Of a stretch of 47,660 nucleotides of DNA, positions 25,589 through 34,789 are shown piece after piece; within the stretch, counting starts at the first letter, position 1; every line of letters begins with the position of its first letter. The translations under genes and the position numbers were made by a program. Source of the stretch: an uncultured Candidatus Saccharibacteria bacterium. Lineage in GTDB: Bacteria > Patescibacteriota > Minisyncoccia > Phycocordibacterales > XYD1-FULL-46-19. Under the pieces are notes generated by a model that worked only from the letters and a program-made list of their open reading frames with translations, was not told the DNA's origin and ran no database searches. The stretch covers positions 1-47,660 of the forward strand of contig CAYUNI010000003.1 in assembly GCA_964446245.1 (NCBI GenBank), in the 5' to 3' direction.

Positions 25589-28003
25589 TTATTGATGGTG
25601 CTTGGCTTTTAATTCCGCATTTTTTATCGTCTCTAAGGTTTTGATAACAACATCAGGGTTAAGAGAGATGCTTTGGATTCCTTCTTTCACTAAAAAGTCA
25701 GCAAAATCAGGATAATCTGAGGGAGCTTGACCACAAATTCCGATATATTTGTTTTGCTGATTGCAAATCTTTATTACTTGAGAAATTAATTTTTTAACGG
25801 CCGGATCATTTTCGTTGGCAATTTTATTAACAATACTTGAATCGCGGTCAAGGCCCAAGGTGAGTTGCGCCAAATCATTTGAACCTATCGACATCCCATC
25901 AAAACGTTGCAAGAAGTCTTCGGCTCGCAAAATATTAGCTGGGATTTCACACATAACATAAATTTTTAGTTCTTTATCTTTTGCCCGATCAAGGCCGTTT
26001 TCTTTCATCACTGCTAATACCTGATCGGCTTCCTCAGGCGTTCGACAAAATGGAATCATTGGAACCAGATTGGTCATCCCGTGTTGTTCTCGCGCGACCT
26101 GTAGAGCTTGGCACTCTAAAGCAAAAGCTGCTTTAAAATTAGGATCATAATATCGGGAAGCGCCACGCCAGCCAATCATAGGGTTTTCTTCTTGAGGTTC
26201 GTATTTTTCACCGCCAATCAGGGTACGATATTCGTTAGTTTTAAAATCTGAAAAACGAATAATTACATCATTAGGGTAAAAAGCGGCGGCAATCCGAGCA
26301 ATCCCTTCGGCTAACTCATTGATATAGTATTGTTTTTTGTCTTTATAGTCTGGTGTCAGCTCATCTATTTGCTTAACAAGTTTTTTGGTTGTTGAATCTT
26401 TTTCTTTTTTTAGTTTTGGGTAATCAATTAAAGCGTTAGGGTGAATTTTGATATAAGAGGTAATAATAAATTCTAAGCGCCCTAAGCCGACACCGGCGAC
26501 TGGTAATTGGAAAAAGCGAAAAGCTTCTTCTGGCGAACCGACATTCACCATTATTTTCGTCTCGATTTGTGGTAATTTATCTAAACGGTGCTCAATCGTT
26601 TCGTATTTTAGCTTGCCAGCATAGACTGTACCAATCTTGCCATCAGAGCAATCAACAGTCACCTCCTGGCCATTCTTGAGGACTTTAGAAGCATTGCCAC
26701 AGCCGACAATACAAGGGACACCAAGCTCGCGTGAGACAATCGCTGCATGGCTTGTTCGCCCACCCTTATCGGTGATGATTGCCGAAGCAATTTTCATAAT
26801 TGGCTCCCAATCGGGATCAGTAATTTCCGTGACTAAAATTTCCCCCGGTTTGAAATCTCCTAGTCTTTTGGCTTCTTTTATTATTCGCACTTTTCCCGTG
26901 GCAATTTTTGAGCCAACCGGTGCTCCCTTAGTCAATACTTTTCCCGTTTCTAATAATTTAAATTCAATAAAAAGATTTTTATCAGCTGTTGAGTGGACAG
27001 TTTCTGGCCGCGCTTGGACAATATAAAGGCTATTATTTTTGCCATCTTTAGCCCATTCTATATCCATTGGCTGATAGTGCCCTCGTTTTTTAGAAAAATA
27101 TTTTTCGATTGTCACTGCCCAAGTGGCCAACTGAATAATTTCTTTATCTGTGAGCGCGTAGCGTTTTTGTTCAGCTAGCGGAACTTTCACAATCTTTGTG
27201 TCCTTAGGGCCATAAATCATTTTTACTTCTTTAGGGCCTAGTGTTTTGGATAATACACTTTGTAAGCCTTTCTCTAGGGCTGGCTTGAAGACGATATATT
27301 CATCAGGAGTCACTTTACCTTGGACAACCATTTCTCCTAAACCGTAAGAAGCGTTTATAACCACCACTTTGTCATAGCCAGTCTCAGTATCAAGAGAAAA
27401 ACAAACCCCCGAAGCTCCGACATCGCTACGAACCATTAATTGAACTCCGACCGAAAGGGCAATATCAAAATGTGAAAATCCCTTATCAACACGATAAGAG
27501 ATTGCTCGATCAGTAAAAAGTGAGGCGATACAATTCCGGACAGCCTCCATCAATTCCTTGTCTCCAGAGATATTGAGATAAGTTTCTTGTTGGCCAGCAA
27601 AAGAGGCATCGGGTAAATCTTCGGCTGTCGCTGAAGAACGAACCGCGACAGAAACTTTTTTCCCCATTTCATGATAAGCCGACAAAACAGCTGTTTTTAA
27701 ATCATTAGGGAGCTCTTCTTTGCGAATTAAACTGCGAACAATCGCCCCGCGTTTTTGTAAATCACGAACATTGTGGGTATCTAGGCCAGCTAAGGCTTCT
27801 TTGATTTGTTCTTTCAACCCAGTCTGCTCTAGAAAATAACGATAAGCATAAGCGGTCAAAGCAAATCCATCTGGTACTTGAATTCCTAATGGTACAAGAT
27901 TAGTAAACATCTCTCCGAGAGCCGCATTTTTCCCGCCAACAAGAGGAACATCTTCTATCCCTAATTCTCTAAACCATAAAACAAAAGCCTTATCTCTTTC
28001 CAT
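25589..28003 (-). CDS. ppsA: Phosphoenolpyruvate synthase (pyruvate, water dikinase)
   Basis: 804 aa, collinear with E. coli PpsA as I recall it: VPLVGGKNAALGEM, VRSSATAEDLPDASFAGQQET, phosphohistidine GGRTSHAAIVSRELG, PEP-utilizer C-terminus IGSNDLAQLTLGLDRDS. Confidence 0.95.
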   Translation of the reverse strand: MERDKAFVLWFRELGIEDVPLVGGKNAALGEMFTNLVPLGIQVPDGFALTAYAYRYFLEQTGLKEQIKEALAGLDTHNVRDLQKRGAIVRSLIRKEELPNDLKTAVLSAYHEMGKKVSVAVRSSATAEDLPDASFAGQQETYLNISGDKELMEAVRNCIASLFTDRAISYRVDKGFSHFDIALSVGVQLMVRSDVGASGVCFSLDTETGYDKVVVINASYGLGEMVVQGKVTPDEYIVFKPALEKGLQSVLSKTLGPKEVKMIYGPKDTKIVKVPLAEQKRYALTDKEIIQLATWAVTIEKYFSKKRGHYQPMDIEWAKDGKNNSLYIVQARPETVHSTADKNLFIEFKLLETGKVLTKGAPVGSKIATGKVRIIKEAKRLGDFKPGEILVTEITDPDWEPIMKIASAIITDKGGRTSHAAIVSRELGVPCIVGCGNASKVLKNGQEVTVDCSDGKIGTVYAGKLKYETIEHRLDKLPQIETKIMVNVGSPEEAFRFFQLPVAGVGLGRLEFIITSYIKIHPNALIDYPKLKKEKDSTTKKLVKQIDELTPDYKDKKQYYINELAEGIARIAAAFYPNDVIIRFSDFKTNEYRTLIGGEKYEPQEENPMIGWRGASRYYDPNFKAAFALECQALQVAREQHGMTNLVPMIPFCRTPEEADQVLAVMKENGLDRAKDKELKIYVMCEIPANILRAEDFLQRFDGMSIGSNDLAQLTLGLDRDSSIVNKIANENDPAVKKLISQVIKICNQQNKYIGICGQAPSDYPDFADFLVKEGIQSISLNPDVVIKTLETIKNAELKAKHHQ

Positions 28004-28089
28004 AAAAATAGATCGTGATGAATTATTATTAATTTAAACAATCTTAATTATACCTTGGGCCAATCCAGACGCCAAATTTTGACTAAGGG

Positions 28090-29391
28090 CTAGTCTTTGA
28101 TGGCAATAATCAGGTCGGAAACATTGGCGCCAGTTGACCCGGTCAGTAATTGTTGACCAAGATTTTTAAAAAATTCTCCGGAATTATTATCGGCCAAATA
28201 TTTACTTGGTTTTAGTCCAAGCACCTGAGCACTAGCAAGGGATCGCTCATCAGCAATAGCGCCAGCAGCTTCGCCATTATCTTGACCGTCAGTTGCTAGG
28301 CTTAAAATCAACTCTCCTGGTTGCAATAAGGGTAGCGCAGACAAACAAAGTTCTTGATTTCTACCACCCTTTCCCCCACCTTTTATTTTAACGGTTGTTT
28401 CCCCGCCATAAAGAAGGACACTTCTGGCTGGGGTATTGTGTAATATATTAGCTAAGGTCTCCCCGACAGTTTTTGCCTCACCAGCAATAGATTGGTCACA
28501 AATTAGCGCTCGATAGCCCATTTTTTCTGCCTCTACCTTCATCGCTTCTAAAGCAATCTGATTAGAAATAAATAGAATATTTTTTACTCGATTAAAATAT
28601 TTATCATCTTTAGGGGTCTCTAAAAGATCTTGGTACTGAAATTTCAATAAATTTGGTAAATTATATTTTTCTGCAATTTTCCAAGCCAGTGGTATCGTCG
28701 TCTCATCTTTCACTGTTGGACCAGAAGAAATTAAAGATAAGTCATTACCCGATATATCAGAAAAAATCAAACTTATTACTTGGGCGGGAAAAGCATGATA
28801 AGCCAGCCAGCCTCCTCGAGCTAAAGATAAGTGTTTCCTTAAGGTATTTATTTCTTGGATTGATGCCCCTTGTCTAATAAGTTCGGACATTATCGTTTTT
28901 TCTTCAATAGACATTGCATTTCCCGGCTGGCAAAGAAGAGTTGAGCCACCACCAGAAATCACAAACAAAACCAGATCTTCTGATCGAACTTGTTTAAGAA
29001 GAGCAATTAATTGGCGAGTTGCTTCAATGTTACGATCACTCGGTAATGGGTGATCGCCAACAAAACAAGAAAACAGATGGGATTTTTTAGACAATTTAAG
29101 GTCAATCACTACTCCATCCGCCAAATAAGGCTGAAGAATTTTTTCTAAAGCATTAGATGCTTCACTGGCACATTTCCCAACCCCGATTAAAATAATTTTA
29201 CCTTTTGGATTAAGGGGGAAGCGTTCTTTATCAATAAATAAAACATTTTCGATCAATTTAACCCGATCTTGGATTGCTTTTTGGGTGGCGATAGATTTTA
29301 GAGCTGTTTCTGCTAACCAGAGGGCTGTTTGGCGGGCAGGAGTCTTTGCTAATTGCTCAAAATTTTTTATTTGCCATGAGTTAATCATCAA
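28090..29391 (-). CDS. Glycerate 2-kinase (DUF4147 + MOFRL family)
   Basis: 433 aa. GVGKCASEAS, VISGGGSTLL, MOFRL signature GGETTVKIKGGGKGGRNQE, GTDGQDN-like ATDGQDNG. Confidence 0.85.
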   Translation of the reverse strand: MMINSWQIKNFEQLAKTPARQTALWLAETALKSIATQKAIQDRVKLIENVLFIDKERFPLNPKGKIILIGVGKCASEASNALEKILQPYLADGVVIDLKLSKKSHLFSCFVGDHPLPSDRNIEATRQLIALLKQVRSEDLVLFVISGGGSTLLCQPGNAMSIEEKTIMSELIRQGASIQEINTLRKHLSLARGGWLAYHAFPAQVISLIFSDISGNDLSLISSGPTVKDETTIPLAWKIAEKYNLPNLLKFQYQDLLETPKDDKYFNRVKNILFISNQIALEAMKVEAEKMGYRALICDQSIAGEAKTVGETLANILHNTPARSVLLYGGETTVKIKGGGKGGRNQELCLSALPLLQPGELILSLATDGQDNGEAAGAIADERSLASAQVLGLKPSKYLADNNSGEFFKNLGQQLLTGSTGANVSDLIIAIKD

Positions 29392-29427
29392 TAATAATTA
29401 TAACACAGCAAAACTTTTAAGAAAAAA

Positions 29428-31215
29428 TTAGTGCTTAATTAACCCCGAGCTTAACTCTTTGGCACGTTCGATATCTTGTTTAATCTCCAATAAACCAATT
29501 TGCCAAAAATCAGGTGAATCAATTTCTAAACCAAGATTTTTAAAAATTTGCTCGGGTGCTTGGCTGGTGCCAACGCTCAAAAACCTTTTTACTTCTTTAA
29601 TAAAATTTTTATCGGCACGGACTTTAGCTTGCAAGGCCTTAGAAATCAATAAACCACTAGCATAAGAATAGACATAGAAAAAATTGCGAAAATGGCTCCA
29701 ATAAATCCACCAATTTTCTGTCCCGGGGCTTAATTCAATCGCTTGACCAAGATAAGCTGCTAGCCACTTAGTAAAAAGTTGCCCAATTTCTTGTGAGGTC
29801 AAATAGCCGCGAATTCGAAATTCTGCGTGGAGTTCTTGTTCAAAACGGTAAGCGGCAACTTGGCGAAAAATACTAGCAATATCCTCGTCTAATTTTGCCA
29901 TCAAAAGAGTCAATTCTTCCTCTGGAGCGCTTTGCTCACGAATTTTTGCCAAAGCAAAATCTTCAAAGAAAGTACTCGCCACTTCAGCGGTAGATGTTGG
30001 AGTATCAAAATAAAGTGCCGGCTGGTTTTTTTTAATCAATTCGTTATTAATCCCATGGCCAACTTCATGAGCAAGCGTCAGGATATCGCTCACTCGACCT
30101 TGAAAATTTAACATTATATAAGTCGGTCGAATCTTTAAATCATGTGTACAAAAAGCCCCATTCCCCTTCCCAGTCTTAGGATAAACATCAATCAAACCTT
30201 CAGTAATAAATTTAATAAAAATTTGATTTAATTCTGGGTCTAAATCAGCAAGAGTTTTTTCGACTATTTCTACTGCTTCTTGATAATCAAAATGACGTTC
30301 TTTTCCTCCGACAGGAAGATTGCGTTCGTAATAAGGCAAAACTTTTTTATTTAAAATTTTAGCCTTAAGCTCATAAAAACTTTTAGATAAATCGAAAGCT
30401 TCTTCGACTGTTTTCAGCATTGCATCAACGGTGTTTGTCTTTATATCATCAGACAAATGTCTCAACTGATCTGGACGATTAGTTTTTCTTAATTCATCGG
30501 ATATTTTTTTGTGCTCTAAGATTGAATTTAACTCAGCCTCTGCCATTTCTTGTTTAGACAAAAGAATTTCATTTATTAATTTGGCCACCTCTATTCTCGT
30601 CTCTTCTTCTGGAGAATTTAATAAATTAATCAAACCCGGAAAATTAAAAGTTTGTCCGAAAAATATCCGTTCTTCTCTGGCCAAAGAATTTTCAGTCATT
30701 CTAACCCAATTGCCATAAGCACAACCAGATTCCAAATTTAAAATTTTTTCTTCCTCTTCAGATAATAAAAAATTAGCTTCGGCAAAAATACTTTCTAGAT
30801 AATGTTGCCAAATCGATAGTTGAGGATGGTCAAGAAATATTTTTTGCTGAGCAGATGGAATTTTTGCTAAACGGTGAGAAAAAAATTGAATTAGATTATA
30901 TAGCCTTTGGCTATTGTGCCTCGCTTTAGCTAATTCAGCTTTAAATTTAGGGTTATTTTGGTCTAGTTCTGTCAAAAGGCTAAAATAATATACTCGCGCG
31001 CTATCAACACCATATAATTCCCAAAAACGATTGTATTCCGTCAACGCTTCCACTAAAATTTCTGGCACTTCGAGCCAATCTCTTCGATCACTCCATTTTT
31101 TAACAAAATTTTCGCACTCCATTTCAGATTGTTTTCGTGCTTCAGCCAATTTTGGGTCATCGCAAGAAAAGAAAAGGTGGTCTAATTGCCACTCCGTTAG
31201 AATTTTTTTAGACAT
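29428..31215 (-). CDS. pepF: Oligoendopeptidase F (M3B family)
   Basis: 595 aa. Zinc motif LAHEVGHGINN and M3B-length collinear architecture. Confidence 0.9.
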   Translation of the reverse strand: MSKKILTEWQLDHLFFSCDDPKLAEARKQSEMECENFVKKWSDRRDWLEVPEILVEALTEYNRFWELYGVDSARVYYFSLLTELDQNNPKFKAELAKARHNSQRLYNLIQFFSHRLAKIPSAQQKIFLDHPQLSIWQHYLESIFAEANFLLSEEEEKILNLESGCAYGNWVRMTENSLAREERIFFGQTFNFPGLINLLNSPEEETRIEVAKLINEILLSKQEMAEAELNSILEHKKISDELRKTNRPDQLRHLSDDIKTNTVDAMLKTVEEAFDLSKSFYELKAKILNKKVLPYYERNLPVGGKERHFDYQEAVEIVEKTLADLDPELNQIFIKFITEGLIDVYPKTGKGNGAFCTHDLKIRPTYIMLNFQGRVSDILTLAHEVGHGINNELIKKNQPALYFDTPTSTAEVASTFFEDFALAKIREQSAPEEELTLLMAKLDEDIASIFRQVAAYRFEQELHAEFRIRGYLTSQEIGQLFTKWLAAYLGQAIELSPGTENWWIYWSHFRNFFYVYSYASGLLISKALQAKVRADKNFIKEVKRFLSVGTSQAPEQIFKNLGLEIDSPDFWQIGLLEIKQDIERAKELSSGLIKH

Positions 31216-31223
31216 TAAACTTC

Positions 31224-31251
31224 ATTTTAAAGGTTGGGGGAAAAAATTCAA
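31224..31251 (-). promoter_or_regulatory. Putative pepF promoter (leaderless type)
   Basis: Minus strand reads TTGAAT, 16 nt, TAAAAT, then 8 nt to the ATG (31215). It overlaps the T-tract of the upstream terminator. Confidence 0.45.
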
Positions 31252-31279
31252 CCCCCCTATGCTAAAAAACATAAGGGGG
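31241..31279 (-). terminator. Intrinsic terminator of the 31292-31723 transcript
   Basis: cccccttatg / cataggggg stem (10 bp including one G.U) with an 8-nt loop. On the minus strand it is followed by TTGAATTTTTT. Confidence 0.65.
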
Positions 31280-31291
31280 TGCGATAGACTA

Positions 31292-31723
31292 TCAAGCGAC
31301 CGAAGACCGCCTAAGAGCCCTCTCGTAGCGACGAAATCGTCGCCGCCTAACTGTTGACGGAGTATCCCGGGAAATCCCTAAGGGTTTCCATCTTGTAATC
31401 TTCTGTCGGGGGCTAGTATCCTCCCAACAAGGCTCCTTGCTCATCATTATTTTGGCAGCATCTAATTCTGCTTGCCTCTTGATAATGATCAACTCCTCTA
31501 GCCCATACTCTTTAATAAAAGTTCTTTGGCATTGAATCAATATATCGATTCCAACTCCTTCCTCTCGATATAAGACCCAATTTCTCCAGAGCTGTTTGAA
31601 ATTCTCTTTTTCTTCATGGCCATTTCCCCGATAAACTCTCAAAATTTGTTCCTCGTCGTAGCCAACTGCCGACAGACTCTTTGTAAGTAGCCAAAGCTTA
31701 CACTTTTCCCAAACCACTTTCAA
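31292..31723 (-). CDS. Hypothetical protein (143 codons, TTG/GTG start), Arg-rich C-terminal tail
   Basis: The ORF fills almost the whole interval between a strong promoter (31741-31768) and the terminator (31241-31279). It has no ATG start, no SD and no recognisable motif, and its 3' third is GC-rich and structured. Confidence 0.4.
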   Translation of the reverse strand: MKVVWEKCKLWLLTKSLSAVGYDEEQILRVYRGNGHEEKENFKQLWRNWVLYREEGVGIDILIQCQRTFIKEYGLEELIIIKRQAELDAAKIMMSKEPCWEDTSPRQKITRWKPLGISRDTPSTVRRRRFRRYERALRRSSVA

Positions 31724-31740
31724 AGAGCTTCTTATCTCTC

Positions 31741-31768
31741 ATTATATTGTTTAAAACAACTTTGGCAA
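31741..31768 (-). promoter_or_regulatory. Sigma70-like promoter of the 31292-31723 unit
   Basis: Minus strand reads TTGCCA, 16 nt, TATAAT. The -35 lies in the palindrome TTTGGCAAA, which also reads TTGGCA on the plus strand for the divergent gene. Confidence 0.5.
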
Positions 31769-31832
31769 ATTTTAGCTATTGCTTTTTAAAAAAATATATG
31801 CTCAAATACCTCAAGAAAGGAGGTGGTATAAA

Positions 31833-32216
31833 ATGATGTACCCCAAATATCTCGGACGGTCAGACAAAATGGCTGAACTCGAGGCAGTTCTTCAAGACCT
31901 GACAGAGGCTCTTGGTCAACTCAATCTAGGCGGAAAAGTGTCTGGAATTGCCGTCCGCTATTCCAAGGGAAGAGGGTTGAATTGGTACGGCTTTTCCCAG
32001 CCAGACCCTGCTTTAGTTTTGCTTCTCCTGAATCAAAGCATCGGGGTAAGTGGTCGGCTACATTTTATCAACGACCGTTTGCCTCGAAGTCATCAGAGCG
32101 GCTTTTTTGTCCCGGCGATGAGCTTCGGCCTAGGACAAGGCAAGTGGATTGCCTTAGTCAATATCCCGCTCTCTCCCGAAGATTTTGCGGGAAAAGCATA
32201 TCGCTATTCCCTCTAA
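31833..32216 (+). CDS. Hypothetical protein (127 aa)
   Basis: Strong SD AAAGGAGGTG lies 8 nt before the ATG at 31833 (the ORF track starts at 31779). Followed by the terminator at 32221-32266. No recognisable motif. Confidence 0.55.
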   Translation: MMYPKYLGRSDKMAELEAVLQDLTEALGQLNLGGKVSGIAVRYSKGRGLNWYGFSQPDPALVLLLLNQSIGVSGRLHFINDRLPRSHQSGFFVPAMSFGLGQGKWIALVNIPLSPEDFAGKAYRYSL

Positions 32217-32220
32217 AAAC

Positions 32221-32266
32221 AATCCTCCCATCCAAGCATTGACTCGGGTGGGAGGATTTCGCATTT
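32221..32266. terminator. Bidirectional terminator between convergent genes
   Basis: aatcctccca / tgggaggatt 10-bp stem, with T-rich flanks on both strands (tcgcattt; ttgttttt on the minus strand). Confidence 0.65.
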
Positions 32267-32297
32267 AAGGAATATAATTTTAAAAGTTTAGTACCTT

Positions 32298-32942
32298 TTA
32301 TTTTTTCTTTAGTTCATCAAAAAAATCTCGCTCTAATCCTGCCAATGATTGACCAAAAATCTTTGTCACCTCTTCGTCAAAGTGTGAGTAAAGATAAAAT
32401 TTTGGAGAAGCCTTTATTAACTCTTTGATTTTTTCTAAATCATACCGATCAACTAAAAATTTTACAAAAAGAGTGGCAATATTATAAGCACCAGCATTTC
32501 GATAATTATTCCAACCTAACGGGGTGTCATAAAGACGACAAAATCCTGATTCTAAATATAATTTTTTATTGTTTAATATTTTTTCTTGTCGTCCCAAAAC
32601 TACCGCCAAGCCTTCATTAAGCCACCTAGGTAGAGGTTTATCTTTTGCGAGATGATCTATAAAAAGATGAGCTAATTCATGCCTTAATAAACCAGATAAT
32701 TCTTCGGGGCTGTGTTCAGGGCTATCGGTCGACCAACTATCTGGCGATAATATAATAATAGTATCTTTAGCTACAGCATTACCGACTTCCCAGCTAGCAG
32801 TTTTTCTTCCAACCAAATCATCGAATTCTTGACGATTTATTGCCACCTTGACAGCAAAGCCTTCAATTGGGAAACCAAATAATTCTTTCAATTCTTCATA
32901 GGCCAGAGAAATTTGCTCCTGGTATTTACTAATATCTTCCAT
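32298..32942 (-). CDS. Putative zinc metallopeptidase (MA-clan, Peptidase_MA_2-like)
   Basis: 214 aa. HELAH (HExxH) followed by WLNEGLA (Glu third ligand). Confidence 0.6.
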   Translation of the reverse strand: MEDISKYQEQISLAYEELKELFGFPIEGFAVKVAINRQEFDDLVGRKTASWEVGNAVAKDTIIILSPDSWSTDSPEHSPEELSGLLRHELAHLFIDHLAKDKPLPRWLNEGLAVVLGRQEKILNNKKLYLESGFCRLYDTPLGWNNYRNAGAYNIATLFVKFLVDRYDLEKIKELIKASPKFYLYSHFDEEVTKIFGQSLAGLERDFFDELKKK

Positions 32943-32949
32943 AGATTTT

Positions 32950-33093
32950 TTATTTTACTTGATTGCCAGAAAATTCTTGCGAAATCGATAGATTGTCCAT
33001 ATTAACCTCAGTTTGATCCTTTTTTTCTAGCCAAACAATCAGACCGACAATGATAATGATAATTAAAACGATAACAATTAAAAATTTTTTCAT
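32950..33093 (-). CDS. Small membrane protein (47 aa), below the ORF-track cutoff
   Basis: MKKFLIVIVLIIIIIVGLIVWLEKKDQTEVNMDNLSISQEFSGNQVK. ATG start, one TM helix, packed between flanking genes with a 1-nt and a 7-nt gap. Confidence 0.35.
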   Translation of the reverse strand: MKKFLIVIVLIIIIIVGLIVWLEKKDQTEVNMDNLSISQEFSGNQVK

Positions 33094-33094
33094 A

Positions 33095-33376
33095 CTACTT
33101 TTTAATTGCTTTTACAATCACTCCTAAAATATAGCCAAATATATAACCAACGACAAAAGTCAAAATAACTAAGATTATCGCATTCATCATGTTAAAGGCC
33201 GTGATAGTCATGGGCAGATTTATATGATGAAGAGCCAGAACCCAATTGATAAATTGCTGAAGCAGATTAGGAATGATAGCGACGGCTACAGACCAAACCG
33301 CATGCAAAAAAGCGATAAACAAACCAAGCGCTAAACCAAATTGATTGTTTGTCATATATTTACAATTTATTGCCAT
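33095..33376 (-). CDS. Hypothetical small membrane protein (3 TM)
   Basis: 93 aa, hydrophobic throughout. An alternative start is Met8. Confidence 0.5.
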   Translation of the reverse strand: MAINCKYMTNNQFGLALGLFIAFLHAVWSVAVAIIPNLLQQFINWVLALHHINLPMTITAFNMMNAIILVILTFVVGYIFGYILGVIVKAIKK

Positions 33377-33394
33377 TAATAATTAACAAATCGA

Positions 33395-34072
33395 CTATTG
33401 ATTATTATACTCGCTTATAGTCACTTTCTCCATTACCACTGGGGAAAGTGGTTTGTCATTCATTCCCGTTTTTACTTTTGCGATTGCTTCAGCAATCTCT
33501 TGTCCAGCGATAACCTTGCCAAAAATAGTGTAATTTTTATCTAGGGGCACATCTGCGACCATAATAAAAAACTGACTTCCATTAGTATTGGGGCCAGCAT
33601 TAGCCATTGCTACTATCCCCTTTTTGTAGCCTTCTTGGTAAGAAGGAGTGGTGGGATTAAGTTCATCCGCAAAAGTATACCCGGGGCCACCAGTACCAGT
33701 GCCAGTAGGGTCACCACCTTGAATCATAAAGCCATCAATCACTCGATGGAAAATTACGCCATCGTAAAAATTCTTTTGGGCAAGGGTAATAAAATTCTCT
33801 ACGGTTTTAGGAGCATCGGCATCATAAGTAATAAACTTTATTTCTCCGAGATTTGTTTTAATTGTGACTAAATGAGACATATTTTTTATTTCTTTTAAAT
33901 TATTATTTTGTTTAATTGGGCTAGAGCTTGCTTGATCTGTATTGATCCCAGTCGCAGTCAAATCTATTTGTGACTGAATAGGATTTCCAAGATTAGATTT
34001 ATTTGACCACCAGCCAATACCCAATAAAAGAAGGAGGACAATAACTGCCCCAATGATTATACCTTTATTCAT
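33395..34072 (-). CDS. Membrane-anchored cyclophilin-type peptidyl-prolyl cis-trans isomerase
   Basis: 225 aa. N-terminal TM anchor and cyclophilin core FHRVIDGFMIQGGDP...GSQFFI. Confidence 0.9.
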   Translation of the reverse strand: MNKGIIIGAVIVLLLLLGIGWWSNKSNLGNPIQSQIDLTATGINTDQASSSPIKQNNNLKEIKNMSHLVTIKTNLGEIKFITYDADAPKTVENFITLAQKNFYDGVIFHRVIDGFMIQGGDPTGTGTGGPGYTFADELNPTTPSYQEGYKKGIVAMANAGPNTNGSQFFIMVADVPLDKNYTIFGKVIAGQEIAEAIAKVKTGMNDKPLSPVVMEKVTISEYNNQ

Positions 34073-34075
34073 AGT

Positions 34076-34693
34076 TTAATTGCTAATTTGCGCTGTGCTT
34101 ATAATTTTACTAAAAGCTGACAAAATCGGATCATCCAAAGAAGACCATGTGACAGAAAAAACATAGGTCTTATCCCCTTTAGTGATAATTGCTGATTTGC
34201 CAGCATATAGGCCAGACCAATCAAAACTTACTCCTGACAAATCAGATATTATTATTGGTGATAATTTCTTCGAACCAAGCTTCCAGGTAGTTTCTGTTTC
34301 CGCCCAGGTAGAAGGACTTAATTTTTGAGGGTTGGAATAAATATCAATAGATACATTAGAGGGACCTTCTCGAGCCTCTTGGATTTTCCCTGCCAGAAGG
34401 TCACGATTTTCTTTAGTATCCAATACTAAAACAATTGAAGTTTGAGGTTTGGATAAAGACCCTACTTCTCTCTTTACTAAATAAAAATTCGCTGGATAAG
34501 CAAAGGTGAGACCGGCGGAATCTAGACGGTACTGCTTTAACGCTCCAACTGATTCTCTATTTGATTCCCAGCCAGTTTCTTGAGGTAAAAGGCTTTCTTG
34601 TGGAGAAGCGTCTTTTTGAGTCCAAAGCATAGCCCATAAAACAAATACCGCTAACAAAAGTAAAACGATAAGCAAATTTTTCATAATTTTCAT
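34076..34693 (-). CDS. Hypothetical exported/anchored protein
   Basis: 205 aa. N-terminal signal/anchor (NLLIVLLLLAVFVLWAML). No recognised domain. Confidence 0.55.
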   Translation of the reverse strand: MKIMKNLLIVLLLLAVFVLWAMLWTQKDASPQESLLPQETGWESNRESVGALKQYRLDSAGLTFAYPANFYLVKREVGSLSKPQTSIVLVLDTKENRDLLAGKIQEAREGPSNVSIDIYSNPQKLSPSTWAETETTWKLGSKKLSPIIISDLSGVSFDWSGLYAGKSAIITKGDKTYVFSVTWSSLDDPILSAFSKIISTAQISN

Positions 34694-34789
34694 TTATAAT
34701 ATTTTTTCTTCTCAGACAAGGGTTTTTATCAGCCAAAATATCTTTATTTTTCAAGCTTTTTTATTTAGTTATCCACAGGCTTTAAAAAT

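Noticed and set aside
31315-31350. tmRNA-like features on the plus strand: GGGGGTG at 31275, and a short frame ending ...DEIVAA-TAA that resembles an ssrA tag.
   Set aside because: There is no tRNA-like acceptor/T-arm (GGTTCGA..CCACCA) anywhere downstream. The 5' end lacks the usual UUCGAC element, and the segment lies inside a minus-strand promoter-to-terminator unit.
31982-32242. 86-aa plus-strand ORF overlapping the 3' half of the 31833-32216 gene in another frame.
   Set aside because: It has no start context, and its Arg/Ser/Pro-rich product is typical of an out-of-frame reading of a GC-richer gene. The SD-preceded frame is preferred.
34769-34777. Perfect DnaA-box 9-mers: TTATCCACA at 34769-34777 and its complement TGTGGATAA at 39890-39898.
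   Set aside because: The two isolated boxes are 5 kb apart, with no cluster, no AT-rich unwinding element and no dnaA or dnaN nearby, so this is not an origin. At most they are stray DnaA-titration or regulatory sites.
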